Made by a program: the position numbers and the translations under genes. Of a DNA stretch of 64,000 bases, positions 16,485 to 30,949 are shown one piece after another; the first letter of the stretch is position 1, and the number at the start of each line of letters is the position of its first letter. Origin of the DNA: Eledone cirrhosa (Eukaryota); contig OZ024741.1 in NCBI GenBank assembly GCA_964016885.1, positions 299,274,001 to 299,338,000 of the forward strand. Direction: 5' to 3'. Below the pieces are notes generated by a model that saw only the letters and a program-made list of their open reading frames with translations, had not been told where the DNA came from and did not search any database.

Positions 16485-17373
16485 GGTGCGGTGGATATTT
16501 GTTCGCAAGATTACTGTTAGGGAAATGGTAACACAGTAGTTTTATTTTTTAAGATTTATTTATCAAACTTGGGTCAGTTTGTCTTCATGACTTGTTCTTT
16601 CGATCTAATTCAATAAACCCGCCATTGGCTTTGATGATGGCCTCAAGGCGGCCTCGGAACCGGCTACATGCCTTCGTCACTGTCCCCCGACTTAGGCCCC
16701 TAAAGGCACTTGAGATCCTGGCCTTCAGATCGTCTTTCGTATTGCAGCTAGATCTGTTGGTGTCTCGTTCCACTGAACCCCACCCAAAGAAGTCGAGGGG
16801 TTTGCAGTCAGCCAAGCTGGAAGGCCAGGTGTCAGGTGAAGTGTTGTCGACGAAGTTCTCTGACAGCCAGGCTTGGGTCTTTCGGCTGGTATGGCAGGGC
16901 GCTGAGTCTTGCCGCCACACGCACGGCCTACCTGCAGCTACCTGGTCGATCCAGGGCTTTACTACATCGCTCACAACGCGGATGTAGCCATTGGCGTTCA
17001 GCTTGACGCCCTCAGGGAAGAAGTTAGGTGGCATAACGTCACCTTCACTGCTGACGACACTTAAGACCAATGTTGTCCCTGGAAACTTCGTCTGCATGAC
17101 TCTGGGCACGTCTTTGGAAGAGACAGCTAGCCACCTGTTGTTCTGGGAGTTGATCTTCTGGTCTTATTTGTCCTCTCAGCGCGGATTCCAAGAAGTATTC
17201 CGTGTACCTTCCACAAATTTGGAGGTTCAAAATTATTCATAATCAATTATTCTGAAAATAAGTAATGGAAATATAGTCACTGTTTTTATGAAGACAAGAG
17301 TGACAACGGAAGTAAAGAAAATTTGCATAAAATCAGCAGTTGAAAATTGTGAACAAATATCGTCCACACCCTG
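16482..17373 (-). mobile_element. Internally deleted Tc1/mariner-superfamily transposon, DD37D (maT-type)
   Basis: ~27-bp imperfect TIRs (AGGGTGCGGTGGATATTTGTTCGCAA / TTGTGAACAAATATCGTCCACACCCTG) next to (TA)n; ORF 16585-17109 has QDSAPCH...WP....DCKPLD with 37 residues between the last two catalytic Asp. Confidence 0.92.
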
Positions 17374-17407
17374 TGTATATATATATATATAAAACTAATC
17401 TGTATTG

Positions 17408-17473
17408 TATTTTATCTGATGAAAGCGCACCATAATTTGCCTTGGCGGCCCTTGAAATATGTATAATAAAATA
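17408..17473 (+). ncRNA. Minimal type I hammerhead ribozyme
   Basis: Stem I TATTTTAT/ATAAAATA, CTGATGA at 17416, stem II closed by AAG/CTT, GAAA at 17454, short stem III, cleavage triplet ATA. Confidence 0.7.
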
Positions 17474-17511
17474 AATATGGTTTTATAAATATAGTTTCCA
17501 GTTGTTAATAT

Positions 17512-17579
<68 letters not shown>

Positions 17580-17586
<7 letters not shown>

Positions 17587-17830
17587 ATACTTTGGGAGGG
17601 TCATGTTGCCAATAAGAAACACACGCACCAGAAGTAATCACTCCAATTTATTATTAATTAAATTATAAATTTAAAAAATTATAAATTTCCGGTTTGTTGG
17701 TTGGTTCCACACCCGAACGGTTGTTCATATATTGTTAAAGTTCTTTCGTCACACATTATGCGACCTCTTCAGTGACTGGGGATTCTTTTCTTTGTTTTGT
17801 GCCTTTCCTTTGTTCTGTCCTACGCCAAAA
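17580..17830 (-). mobile_element. Antisense PLE pLTR with hammerhead (17734-17776)
   Basis: Reverse complement of 43595-43845; GTCA-CTGAAGA-GGTCGCA..TGTGAC-GAAA-GAACTT. Confidence 0.85.
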
Positions 17831-17864
17831 AAAAAAACAAGATGGCGTAGAACATACGCACACA

Positions 17865-17895
<31 letters not shown>

Positions 17896-18436
17896 TCACA
17901 CACACACACACAATCACACTCACACACACATATATATATATATATATTACCAGAGATTGTGCGTTTCCGCAGTAATCAAATATTTCTATCTGCTATTGTT
18001 TGTACCTGAGAGAACCAATTACATGCATATTAAATGTAACGCTTCAACGATATCATGGTTTATCCAAAGGCAGATAAGAACAATTTTATTTTACTAAGTT
18101 TGTTCCTTACAGTTAAGCATTTTTGCATGCAAATGTTTATGCGTTTAACTTTGAATCATTTCAGGTCATGATTACAGTAGACGATTAAAGCCTCAGAACT
18201 ATACACCATAGTGTCTCGCGCTGTGACTCCGCTTAAGTTGTCCGTTAGTTTCAATTTTAACGCAAAGAAGGTCGACTTCTGGGTTAAAATATCCCAAAAT
18301 CTCTAGATATTTCTAGGAGACCCAATCAATGATAAACCTCATGAAAAACGCCGTAACGTTAAAAGTAAAATGCAAGCTCTATATTTCAATATATTAGTAG
18401 GCTGCAAAACTACATACAAAAGGCACGGATCTAACC

Positions 18437-19125
18437 TCAGTAAGTGTCTATGTAGTAGTAAAAATGTATATATATTTCAGTGCAGAAGTAAATGATAAAG
18501 TAGAAATTCAAACTTTCCAGTTGTCTTCTTGTTTCTTCTACAACAACTACAACGGTACGCGATGTGGCCCATCCACAGCCCCGGCGGACAGAATGGAGAA
18601 GGCGTTTCTCCGGAGGACGGCAAGGGAGACGCGCTGGAAAAGCCACTCAAACTCGCGGGGCTCACACCTGCGGCTGGCCAGCTCAGCGCCTATGGTGGTG
18701 AATAAGGAGGTAGCCCGGGAGCCGAGGACACCAGAAGTCTCCACTGCCAGGGGTACGACCGCAAACCTGTCGGAGAGCGAACAGTATTTGAGGAGATTGG
18801 CCCCCTGAGTCCGACGTGCAGCAGAACCTTGGTCAGTCGCAGACTGCACCAGGTTGAGGGTGCCGAAAGTGTCGGTGCAAGTAGCATCCCAGACGTGGGG
18901 TTTGCCACCGCGGAACAGGAAGATGGTCATGCCATCTGGCCTTTTGCCGTCGCCTCGATCCAGCCCCACCGGCTCCAGCTGGGAAGGGATGTCTGCAGCG
19001 TCCAAGCCATGCTTAATGACCTCGTTGAGGGCAGCATGGCGTGGAATGCGGCCGGCATTGTTGCGACAGGAAAGCGAGTGGAAGCCGAAAGAGTCCACGG
19101 TAGAACCGCAGCCTAATTGGTGTGG
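18437..19125 (-). mobile_element. 3' fragment of a CRE-clade non-LTR retrotransposon (RLE domain)
   Basis: ORF 18547-19098: (CG..VD.FG.)HSLSC, RH, LEP.GL, KRPDG, VWDATCTDT, PLAVET.G; GC-rich island. Confidence 0.88.
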
Positions 19126-19445
19126 CTGGCGAGCCTCAGGGAAACGCTGATTACTTATGAAATTGTTCCTAATTGAAATAGCTATTCTTGAAATGGAAAT
19201 TAAACGAACGTTTTGTGTTATTCAAAATATTTAATATATTTATTAATATGCACATTTTGCTGAGGACCTTATGTTTATCAAACAGTCAGGATACTCCGTA
19301 GAAGAATAATACAACATGGTCAAACGATTTCTCGTATACGAAAATATTCAGTTCCTCCTTTGTGGGTTACTACAATCAGAAGATCGTAATAACTTGCGGA
19401 CATACAGACATACATATAGACACACACACACGCACACACACCACA

Positions 19446-19491
<46 letters not shown>

Positions 19492-19641
19492 ATATATACA
19501 TATAAGCATGAATAGTTATCAATCAATCAATATATCCTATCTATCAATATATTTTTATAATATACATTATGTATATGTGTGTAAAATATCTAACCCCCCC
19601 CATATAAATATATATATATATATCATAGATTTGTGTGTGCC

Positions 19642-19696
<55 letters not shown>

Positions 19697-19842
19697 ATGT
19701 ATGTGTGTGTGTGTGTGTAATACTATCTATCCATTGATTTATGGGAATAATAGTTGACGAAAGAATCATTTGCGAACTTTGATGTATAGAAGGTTTGCGC
19801 CTAAAGTAGATGATCATAACAATAGTTAATCACTACATATAC

Positions 19843-20028
19843 TTGTTTCTACGTTAGGCACAAGGCCACCAATTACCCAGTGCATTACTGGTACTTTATT
19901 TTATCGACCCCGTAAGGATGAAAGGCAAAGTCAACCTCGGCGGGATTTGAACTCAGATCGTAAAGGGACGTAACTATGCTTGAAAGCATGGCGTCCGACC
20001 CTCTACCGATACTGCCAATCCACCGCCC
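19843..20028 (-). mobile_element. tRNA-derived SINE
   Basis: Full family match in reverse orientation. Confidence 0.9.
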
Positions 20029-20449
20029 TTATAATCACTACATATAATAGTAGTGAAAATCTGCTACAATATCCTTGGAGAGTAAAAAGTCGAACAGAGG
20101 GATCCATAAAGAATTGAGGCCCTCGTGTAGCAAGGCTTAAAACCTACTAATTAAACGGAACTCGTGACCAGGGATATTTTAGCCTAGTAATCTATGCTTT
20201 AGGAGGACCTGTTCATGTCCACCTTTTATCGGGTGTTTTACCGCATTGTGTTCACTATTATTTATAGCGATCTACTATTCTTATAGCATGGTCATTTCAT
20301 GAGTAGGTTGTTCCGTTGATCGGATTAACTGGAACACTCATTGTCGCAACCGACGAAGTGCCAACAACATATATATGTATGTATATGTATGCACATATAC
20401 ATACATTCATATGTATGTATGTATATGTGCATACATATACATTCATACA

Positions 20450-20938
20450 TGTTTTCCAGGGCGTTCTTCTAGAAGGCAACTCAAGAAACTAGGATAACTC
20501 CAACATAAAACCTGCGGTTCGGTAGTTACCGATGTGTTATCTTTTCTTCTTTTCGGGTTATAGCTACTGTCGCTCAGATAGTGGGCGTGGCTCAATGCAC
20601 TTCTTTCCTCACTTTAAAAAAAATCTCCACGCACAGGCATCATCATGTATGTATGTATGGTTAAGAGAGTGGGACTGGCTTTGTGCAGTGCCTTTGCTCA
20701 CTATAAAAGCTTCACGGCACAGGCATTGCTTTATATCTGGAGATCTCTCTGCACTTGCGTCACATGGTACCATGGGCCCAGCACTCTGTCAATAATTGTC
20801 ACAAGTGTAGTGTTTGTACCAGAGTTTTCATGTCGCTGGCTGGACTAAAAAGTCACACTCGTTAAGGGCATGGGTAGGGGTTTTCCTACATGGATATAAA
20901 GTAGTGGCCGTACTCGAAAACGAGTTGGCAGCCACCAT
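20450..20938. mobile_element. Two truncated relatives of the ~500-bp (TACA)n-associated element, separated by (TATG)n
   Basis: 20450-20645 and 20658-20938 share motifs (GAGTGGGA, CACAGGCATTGCTT, GAGTTGGCAGCCA) with 22825-23300. Confidence 0.65.
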
Positions 20939-20981
20939 GTGTATGTATGCATGCATGTATGTGTGTATGTGTGTATGTATG

Positions 20982-22711
20982 CTTCTCTTTCTCTTAATTT
21001 CGAGTACATTTTTGACCAGCCACCTTCCTGGTGGTAAGGTTGTAAAACAAAGGAAATTGTCATCCCCTGAATTGCAAGAATGTTTTTCAAATTTTGAAGG
21101 TGCCAGCTATAGCAGCTATTTTGCCCGCAAATCCATGTTTAGCCATACTTTAGTGCAAGCAGGTTGGTACATAACCTGTAGCCCAAATAATCATGGGTAT
21201 GAAGCTGAAGGTGTATCTTGGATACTGGATCTGAAAAAACTGGTACGTCGATGTCTTCCTTCTCCTGTATTTTTCTTACGGCATTGACATCAATTGGGCA
21301 GCTGATCTCTATAACAGAGGACGTTTTCAATGTGTGGTCCCAAACAACAATATCAAGCTGGTTGTGCTTTAATTTGGTGGCAGTATTTATTTTCAGGTTC
21401 CACTATTATTCCTATCTCAGCATCTTTCACCTCATTTGTTTTAATTTTGTTTCCCTAAGTGCGTTCCAGATCGTTCTAGCTATTATATCGTGTCTCATAG
21501 GGAAGTGTTAACGAGACGACATTCTTTCGCAGTTGGCAATAATGTGGCTAACATCTTCGATCTTTGTTTTACATTTATTTTACATTTATTATTGACTTGT
21601 GGACCTCCTCTTTTGTGTAGCAGATATTTGGTTGGAATTTTTTGTTCCTGTATTGCATAGAAATATCCTTCAAGGCGGGATGTCATAAACATGTCGGAAC
21701 TCCACGGAACTCCACGTCAGGCTTTTTGAATCATTTATCCTCTATTGTCTGTGTTTTTCGTTTCAAGTACCCATACATAACTAGCTCGGCAAATTGGCCC
21801 ATTTTTAAAATCGTGTTCGAGCATTGAATAGTATCTTCCAAGTCCCTGGGTGAGAGATTCCATTTAGGCACTATTCCATATCTCTCTTCCAAACCAGTGG
21901 CTATTCTAATGATATTATTTCCTTTATGCTAATAAACCTGGGTAAGATGGTTGCTGACCTTATTATTCTGTTGAAGATGTTGCTTCAGTTTTTCTATCCG
22001 GTTTATCGTATGCTGTTAATATGGATTTTAGACACTGGCCACCTTCATTGCGTGAGAAGTATAGCCTAACCATATCAGTATTGATGCTAACACTGAGAAG
22101 CTTGCGAGTTCTTACATCCATCTCACTTAGTTCTTGCAATTACCAGTTTAGCAGGCCAAATGTTGGTATTAGGATTGGCAGAGCATAAGAATTGTGAGCA
22201 ATGTATTTGTTGTACGCTAATAGTTCTGACGACCATATTTTCTTTACTCTCCTGAAGTATTCAGTTCTGTTTTTCTCCTTATTTATGGCTCCATCATATC
22301 TGACATTCTCATCCTGTCCAAAATATCTGTAGTTGTCACCTTACTGTAGAAGTTGTACTGTCACGCCGTTCATCTCTAAATTTCCAGAGTCCAGAGAAGA
22401 GCACAACCCTTCCACATTTTACTGTCAAATATGCACATTTGTGCTTACTAAATTTCATTCTGATCTCTGCAGATAATTGTGTATTAAGGTCCAATTGTTT
22501 TTTTTATATAGTTGATATTTGGACAATACAACTTCAGGTCATCAACAAAGAAAATATGGGACATAATTCTGGACCCACTTCTGTGACCACTTTGTTTTGT
22601 GAGCAGGTATGATAGCGGGTGTAGTGAGAGGACGAAAGTAGCAGATAGGCTATCACCCTAAAAGATGCCTTTCTGGTAGTGTATTGCATCAGTCTTAATT
22701 TGCTTCTTCTT
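20982..22711 (-). mobile_element. 5'-truncated R4/Dong-clade LINE, diverged subfamily
   Basis: GIF*GDSLS, FFVDDLKLY, YAIQEQKI.TKYL, RHD, VIEISCP remnants; both ends abut (TATG)n. Confidence 0.88.
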
Positions 22712-22824
22712 TATGTATGTATGTATGTATGTATGTATGTATGTATGTATGTATGTATGTATGTATGTATGTATGTATGTGTGTATGTATGCATGTATGT
22801 ATGTATACATGCCTGTATGTATGT

Positions 22825-23300
22825 GTCAGTTCGCCCTCGACTGTTACTGGTAACATGTATCCCAGTATAACCTGTCTCATATTCGGGTCATCGGTGACTA
22901 AACATGCAACCCACCCAAGCTTGCTTGGTGAAGAGGGTGATATTTCGACACCCTGCAGTATCCATGCAAAGGGCAGAGGAAGTCAGCATAGTTAACGACT
23001 ATCGAAATAGTACATTTTTATCTTTTTTTATCTCTTGGGAGTGAAAAGCCCCAGTTCTTGTCATAAGACCTTTCTAGGAGACGGAAATTCTGAATCAAAT
23101 GCTGCGGCTTTGGAAGCATTCGATGATATTGACCAGTTCTTTTCCCGTAGTGTTTTCGATGCTCATAGAGTGGGATGGGTTGAGTGGAAAACCTTTCCCC
23201 ACTTTTAAATCTTCAAATCACAGGCATTGCTTGTTCAGGATCTGTTACAGGTTCGTACAAGCGATTGCAATACTGTTAGCATGAGTTTGCAGCCATTATG
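22825..23300. mobile_element. ~480-bp (TACA)n-associated element (inverse of 6071-6570)
   Basis: Shares both termini with the 6071-6570 copy; flanked by (TATG)n. Confidence 0.8.
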
Positions 23301-24026
23301 TATGTATGTACGCATGTATGTATGTATGTATGTTATGTATGTATGTATGTAAATATACATGCGTACTTTTGTATGTCTGTACACATGTATGGACATGCAT
23401 GATATTCATATTTGCAATGTTTCTTAAGAATTTCCTCACTTAGAATAGAAATACCGTGCGATAAAATCTTAGTTTAAAAAATTACTTTACTAAAAGAGTT
23501 GATTCATACGGAAATAACATAAATAAAACATGAAAAAAAAAAAGAGGAATTAAATCTTAACAATTAGGATGTAAATTGTCCTAAAATTGCTTCTTAGATG
23601 ATTGAATTTTAATATAGATTTATTTTTTTGAAACAGGAATTATTAGAATGGAGAGGCGAAATTGCCTCATTACGTCGCAAACACTAAACCACACACATAC
23701 AAGTTGGGATAGATAAATATACATAAAGATAAGATGAAAGAAATTGAGAAGCTTCGCTAAAAAGAAGAAAAAAATAAGTATCATATATACATAAAGAATT
23801 AGGTTAGTATTTCATACATTGACACTTTCATCTAATGAAATAGCAGAAAATCATTAAAAACTTTAAGCGTTATTAATGCAGTGACGTCTCGGCATAAACA
23901 AGTTTAAAGACAGCACTTTTTCTTTTACTTAATGTCAAATAATACAGTTATATGTAGAGTTGAATAATATATACACACACTCTCTGTCACATATTTACAC
24001 ACCTCTGCCTCCCGTATATACATGCC

Positions 24027-24157
<131 letters not shown>

Positions 24158-24164
24158 GTGTGTG

Positions 24165-24236
24165 CAGACTAAAATGCAAAGAGGGATCGATAAGGATAAA
24201 TAGATATCAAATATATAAGAACCATGGAGCAAATTC
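24165..24236 (-). mobile_element. Small fragment of the pLTR family of 44698-46678
   Basis: GACTAAAATGCAAAGAGGGATCGATAAGGATAAATA matches 47600-47640. Confidence 0.65.
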
Positions 24237-24246
24237 TGATATTTTA

Positions 24247-24279
<33 letters not shown>

Positions 24280-27192
24280 CACACATAAATACATTCATCC
24301 ACACACATAAATAGCAGAATTTTATTCAATTACCCTGTTCACCAAGTGCCTGTCTACCGATATGTCTAGGAATATTTGTTTAGTAACGAAGTAAATAATT
24401 AACTATCCATTATTTTTTTCCTTCTATATGGGAATACATCTCACAATATGTCCTTTAATAAATTGTGAACATTATTTCTATTTTCAATATGCCTTTTTAA
24501 TAAGCTATGCATCGCTATCTGTAACTAATGCTAACTTCATAAAAAAAATTGCTGCCTTTGGACAACCTTTAAAAACAGCGTTTGTAGTTTACACACCCAA
24601 GTGCATTTAGGGGCCAAAGTGCTAACTTAGGGAAGCATTCTAAAAACTAAATGTTTCCATATTTATTCTCTAGTGTAATATAGTCAATATTTTGATGTAA
24701 ATCACTATTACTGCATGTAATTCCACATGGAATTTCGACATTGTTTAGATGAACATCAGTCTACGATATCATTATAAATACATTAAATGATATATCTTGT
24801 GATGTACTTCGTAAGTACTTAGGGGGAAGAACGAAAGGAAGAAATAAAAGACTATTTGAGTGTATATAATGACATGAAAAGACCGTTCCCATGACTCGCA
24901 TTTAATAGATTATTTTTACAAAACGTTTTCCTCTAAAATGGTGCTAAAACGTGCTGATCCACCAAAGCAAGTTAATATTGATCATGAATTACCAGCTATA
25001 AACACCTATTGAGAATAAAGGATATATTTTATTGAAACTGACATTCAGAAAAACACAGAACAGAACAGTCGTTCAGCTTTTATTTACTCGGGTAACATTT
25101 AGAGAGTAGTCTAGGTTTTTGTTGTCATTGTGTAAGTCTATAATCGAGTAAATATTTTTACAAGACTGTTGGATGTAATTACAAGGAACTTACGTTGTTA
25201 TTTGTTCCAAGACGAATGGCAACGAAACCGTTTTCTCGCCATTTCGACTAAGTTAATTATTCAATGTGTCAGTCGGTAGAGCATCAGATTTTAACGGATG
25301 TACAGAATTGAAATCATTTAGAATTTTATGTCTAGCATGGATCCCAAAACGGCGAATTGGCAGAGTGTTTCGAAAGCCGAAAAGAATGCCTTGATTTTTA
25401 TCTGAAAACGTCTGCCAGTACTGTTCCAGCGATTTATTATCTGACGGTAATATTGTCGAGAAAGGAATACATTTTGTGAAACTCAGTTATATTAGTTTAT
25501 TCATCAATGAGACATACGTGTAATAGCATAACTAAGAACGATAGATATATTTAAAAGATATTAGTTATTACGCAGTAAATTGGCAGAGTCATTTGTGTGT
25601 ATGATAAAATGCCCCGCGATATTTGTTCCCAACATCTGCACTCCGAATTTCATTACCAGTGACGTCAGTGTCACCTTTCATTTTTTCAGAGTCGGTGAAA
25701 TATAGTATTAATCCACTGTGATGGGTTGCCGAATAGGTAGACCGCTAGAAAAGATGTAGTATTGTATTTGCTATGGTCCCTCGCATACTGAGTCCTGAGT
25801 GAAACACTGACATCATCATATGATTTTGGCCGGCTTTGGTAGAGATGTTTTTGTTGCAAGCATTCGGGTTAGGTTTTCGGGTTGACGATAATCTTCTCTC
25901 ACTTAGATCATAAGTCTGATTCATCAGACCTATGGACAAAAGTGTTCTGACTATGACGCCACTCGTCTTCTTGTATAAAAGGAATCGATATTATCAAATG
26001 TATCTCATTGTATTAATGATTGTATGGTATATATTTCTTAGCAGATCGTCATCCGTAGTTTTTCTAGTGGCGTCGAACAATGCACGTTCAATTTAAACTC
26101 AAACCACCACAAACATACCAGTCAGGAATGGTTTACAGGAGCTAGCATCACTGCTCGTCGGTCACCAATTATTTCATAGAAAAAAAAAGATGTTGATGTA
26201 GCTATTTTGTCGCAGAAACGAGCGATAACCCATTAAATTAATAGTATAAATATAACTTCAATGCTGTCAGGAGCCCATAACCCCTGATGGTATCGTAACA
26301 TACGACGTGTTCTGGGCATTTGTGCCTCGCGGAACACGTCCCCCTTTAGGACAGAACACAGCCAATATTTGCAGAGAGTGAGGAAGAGGGTGAGAGGTAA
26401 AGAATAGAAAGTATTGAACTGGCTCGTTACTTATCCACCTCTGAATGGTGAAAGGTAATGATGGCCACAGTGGGTTTTGACTTTAATATGTAGAGAGCTG
26501 AAACGCACCGCAAAACATTCTATCCGTCGTTCTAACGATACTGTCAATTCAATGCCTTCAAAAATATAGCAACTACTAATAATAATCATCATACATTACG
26601 TGTCATAAAGGGCAAGTTCAGCAATCAATAATTTCTCCAATCATTGAGTGGTTGTATTATTAAATTATTTCTGAAATAGTAAAAGAATTGTTTGTGCGTG
26701 ACAACTTCTCAAGATAGATTATATGGATGAGTATATGCTTTCGTGCGTACGATATCATTTACAGTGGTAGTCTCACTTTCAACCACATTCCTCCTATTTG
26801 TATTAAAAAGAGCTACGATTAAAATCAACAAATTCGGCAGAATTCTATAGAAGATAAGAAGAAAAAGAAGTTAGAAATTAGAAAAAAATAGTGAGAATTC
26901 TGAACAATTGTTTGAATATATTTGCAAGATAAAACACCCATACATACACAGAAAACTGTACATGAACAACCATCATTATATACTCTCGACTACATATGCA
27001 TGAATGTGTACACTTTCACAAGTCCTGGTTACAACTGAAGTATATCATGTACACATATATATATATATATATAGACACACATAGACAGACATACATGCAT
27101 CCCACACAAACGCATACACACACGAACATATATATATATATATATAAATATATACATACGCACATACAAATAAAGACGTATGTAACAATGAT

Positions 27193-27308
27193 TTATGATT
27201 TGAGTACAAGGCCAGTAACATTGGGGAGCGGTAAGTCGATTAAATCGACACCAGGGCGATACGGGTACTTTATTTTATTGCATCCATAAGGATGAAAGGC
27301 GAAGCTAA
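27193..27308 (-). mobile_element. SINE 3' half
   Basis: ACAAGGCCAG...TAAATCGAC...TACTTTATTTTAT...TAAGGATGAAAGGC. Confidence 0.75.
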
Positions 27309-27309
27309 C

Positions 27310-28058
27310 ATCCCTGGCAGTACTACCCGAGAGCATTGCCAGTTCGTGATTAACTTTAATGATGTGCCGACAGCTTGTATATTCGAGATGCTCGCAGGGC
27401 AACGAAATCATCATGCACGCACATGTCCAGTGTCCGAGCTTTCCTGACTTGTGGGTTCATGTCGAAAAAAGCTGTTGCATTATTGTTAAACCCAGCTGTC
27501 AGACGACTTCATTGTGAAGATTACACAGTCGCCTACTTTTAGTCAGGAACGGCAGGCTGTTTTTACCTTCCTGGTGGCCACGGTGAAAAAGCTTGTATGG
27601 TGGACACAACACAAATGAGTTGAAGGCTATCACTTTCTTCTACGGTTAAGCCCCGATTAGATTTTTCAGGTTACACTTGAAAAGATATATGAGGGTAGTG
27701 AGGGAAGTGCTGCCTTCCAATTAGATTGCTCTAAGGTGGCTGAGAAATGCGAGCATGGCCCAAGTGAATGGGCACGCTCTGAGTGTGCGGCTGTAGATTG
27801 CAGGAGGACAAGTGGAACCTAGCACTTGTCCTAATGATCAGGGCACCCGTAACTTTATGTAGTTTTTTCTACGAGCAGCCCTTGAACTTTCTTCCTAATT
27901 GACGAATTCCCGTTGTTTAATTTTTATTGTTATCTTTTTTTTCGCTGTTAAATCTGTTTACACGCAAACCCACACACCAACACACGCAGGCTATGTTTTC
28001 GTACTGTAATGGTCTAATGTTTTCTCAAAGTTAACCCTTGTGGTGAATAAAGAAAACA
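27310..28058 (+). mobile_element. Decayed 3' end of an L1/Tx1-clade LINE
   Basis: Translates in pieces to RCSQGNEIIMHAHVQCP (zinc knuckle remnant), VATVKKLVWWT, FFRLHLKRYMRV..RW; U-rich 3' UTR and AATAAA near 28046. Confidence 0.65.
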
Positions 28059-28085
28059 TAATTACTGTTATTATCATCATTATAA

Positions 28086-28280
28086 GGGCGGTGGATTGGC
28101 AGAATCGGTAGAACATCGGACCAAATGTTCAGCAACATAGAGTTACGCCCCTTTTCGTTCTGAATTCAAATCTTTGCCTTTCAACATTACGGAGGCCGAT
28201 AAAATAAAGTACCAGTAATGCACTGATATCGATACCTTCAAATTACTTGCCGTGTGCCTAAAGTAGAAACAATTATTATT
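28086..28280 (+). mobile_element. tRNA-derived SINE
   Basis: Family head and tail; internal deletion. Confidence 0.85.
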
Positions 28281-28687
28281 ATTATTATGGAAGCTTAGGT
28301 AGTGGTAGTCGTAGACGATATCACTCATGTTAATGGCATGAATATAGTGGTCATAGTTGTCATCCCCTCCACCAATATATTTAATTTATTTACTTTGAAA
28401 AATCATATCAGTTATCTTAAGGTTATATCGGATTTTTTCTGATATTTTTCAGTTTATATATATTTTATATAATTTTTATTTTATAATTCATATTTCATAC
28501 TTTCTTATTTCTATTAATAATATATCTTTACAGTTAGTATGAATACTGATGTCCATATATGTTAGTGTATATATGCCAGCAGTTTTGAGCAGGCGTATGT
28601 CTATGTATGCTTTTTATGTATATATGTACGCATGAGTAAGTTAATGAAAATGTATATATTTGTTTTACATATGTATGCTTATGTATG

Positions 28688-30459
28688 TTCTTCTGGTTTT
28701 ATAATTTCACAAAGTTTTACCAATAGAGAGAGAGTCGGTTTCTAACATAGGCACAACACTCTCTCATTGAAATTTACGCAACATCAACTAGGTAGATTTT
28801 GTATGTATGTCTGAATGTGTAGATATGGATGTTATTGTATTTGTGGATGTGGATGTTTTGAGTTGTATGTGTGCATGTGTATATGCTTTGCATCTGTACA
28901 TGTGTATATGCAGTTATTAGATACACAATTTTTGGAATGTTTTATATATTTCTACTGTTCCATTAATGGATTGTACTTGTAATTTCCTAACTAGTTGTGT
29001 TCTTTCTCTTTCTGTGAAGCCTAGCTCCTCAAGATTTGTATTGAGGCAGTTGCTAACATATCCAAGTGCCCCAATAATCACAGGCATAAATCTGAAGGTG
29101 TAATCAAGGTGGAATATCTGCATATTTCTCATAAGTTTCTGCATAAATATACTCCTTTTCGCTAATCTCTGATAATATATTGGCATCTGCTGGGCAGCTA
29201 ATTTCCACTACTGTGCATGCTTTCTTCTACCTGTCCCATATAATCATATCTGGTCTGTTATGCCTGCATTTTATTGGGGTTTTTACTGGAACATTCCACC
29301 AGTACTCTTTCATATTATGTACATGGATGTCTTCCACATTGCTGTAGCTTTTAATGTGTTTATTATCGGGGCTATCTTTTTTACGAACTGCATTGTACAG
29401 TGTTTTGGCCCCTATTTTATGCCTCATAGGTAGTTAGTACCGCGATGACATCTTTGGACAGTTCTGCAGAGTCTGCACTTGTTATCACATCTAGGTGTTA
29501 TCCTGCATCCCTATCTCTTTTGTGAATCAGGTATTTCGTGTTAGTCTCATGTTCCTGTATTGCAAAAGCGTATCCTTCAACGTGGGAGCCAATATAGCGG
29601 TTGTTGGTCCAAGATAGACTACTTTCCTTATCTATATTACTCTCACACTGCAGCTTCCTGGCAACATATTCATGCATGATATTTTGCTGATAAGCATGCA
29701 GTTTTTCATCCATGGATTCACTGCGATACTGCTGAGCGACATCCGTGGATGTGAGGTTTTGATTATCACACAGGGGGTATCTCTCGAGGAGTTCCTTCCC
29801 AACTCTCATGAACTTATCTGTTTCATGCAGATAGCCTTGCCCGAGAAACGGGCTCCCACGCTTCGAGGTTCTTAGATATTGTCTGTGAGATATGATGCGA
29901 CATTCAAATGTTGGCTGGACTGATGTTAGGCCTCTGCCTCCCTGCTTACGTTTCAAGTAAAGGCGGTCTATGTCACTGTTGATGTGGAAGTTTCCGGTGT
30001 TGTTCAGTAATTTTCGAGTTCCAACATCAACTGCTCGGATTTCGTCTATCGTCCAATTGAGTATTCCAAACGTTGGTGTTAGGACAGGCACAACAAACAC
30101 ATTGTGAGCCAGTGTTTCGTTTTGCGCAGAGAGTTCCGTTGACCAGATCTTTCTTACTCGAGTGTAGTATTCCCCGGTTACGCGTTCTTTATAACAGATA
30201 CCATAATACATATGTTCTCATCTATCCCCAGGTATCTGTAGCAGTCCTCATCAGATATCGGGGAAACAGTTAGGCCATTTATGACAATGTTGCTAGATTG
30301 GGTTGTTGTTTTTCCCCGCTTTACAGTCATGTATGAGCATTTATCTTGGCCAAACTCCATTCCTATATCCTTTGAGAACGTTGTAACCAGGTCAAGGTTA
30401 TTCCTCATCCCATCCATGCCCTTGGCATAGAGTTTCAGATCGTCCACAAAGAAATTATG
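28688..30459 (-). mobile_element. 5'-truncated R4/Dong-clade LINE, same family as 6602-10421
   Basis: DDLKLY...IGMEFGQDKC, DRLYLKRKQGGRGL, AIQEH, NRPDMIIWD; 3' UTR and 3' junction match 10196-10430. Confidence 0.93.
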
Positions 30460-30579
30460 TATGTATGTATCTATCTATGTATGTATGCATGTGTGTAAAT
30501 ATGTACGTATCTATTGACATATGTAGGCTGGTATGTAATACATGTGGTCAATTGATGTAAGTATGTATGTATATGAATG

Positions 30580-30670
<91 letters not shown>

Positions 30671-30711
30671 GCGTTTGTATGTGTATATATACGTATGTGT
30701 ATATATACGTA

Positions 30712-30941
<230 letters not shown>

Positions 30942-30949
<8 letters not shown>

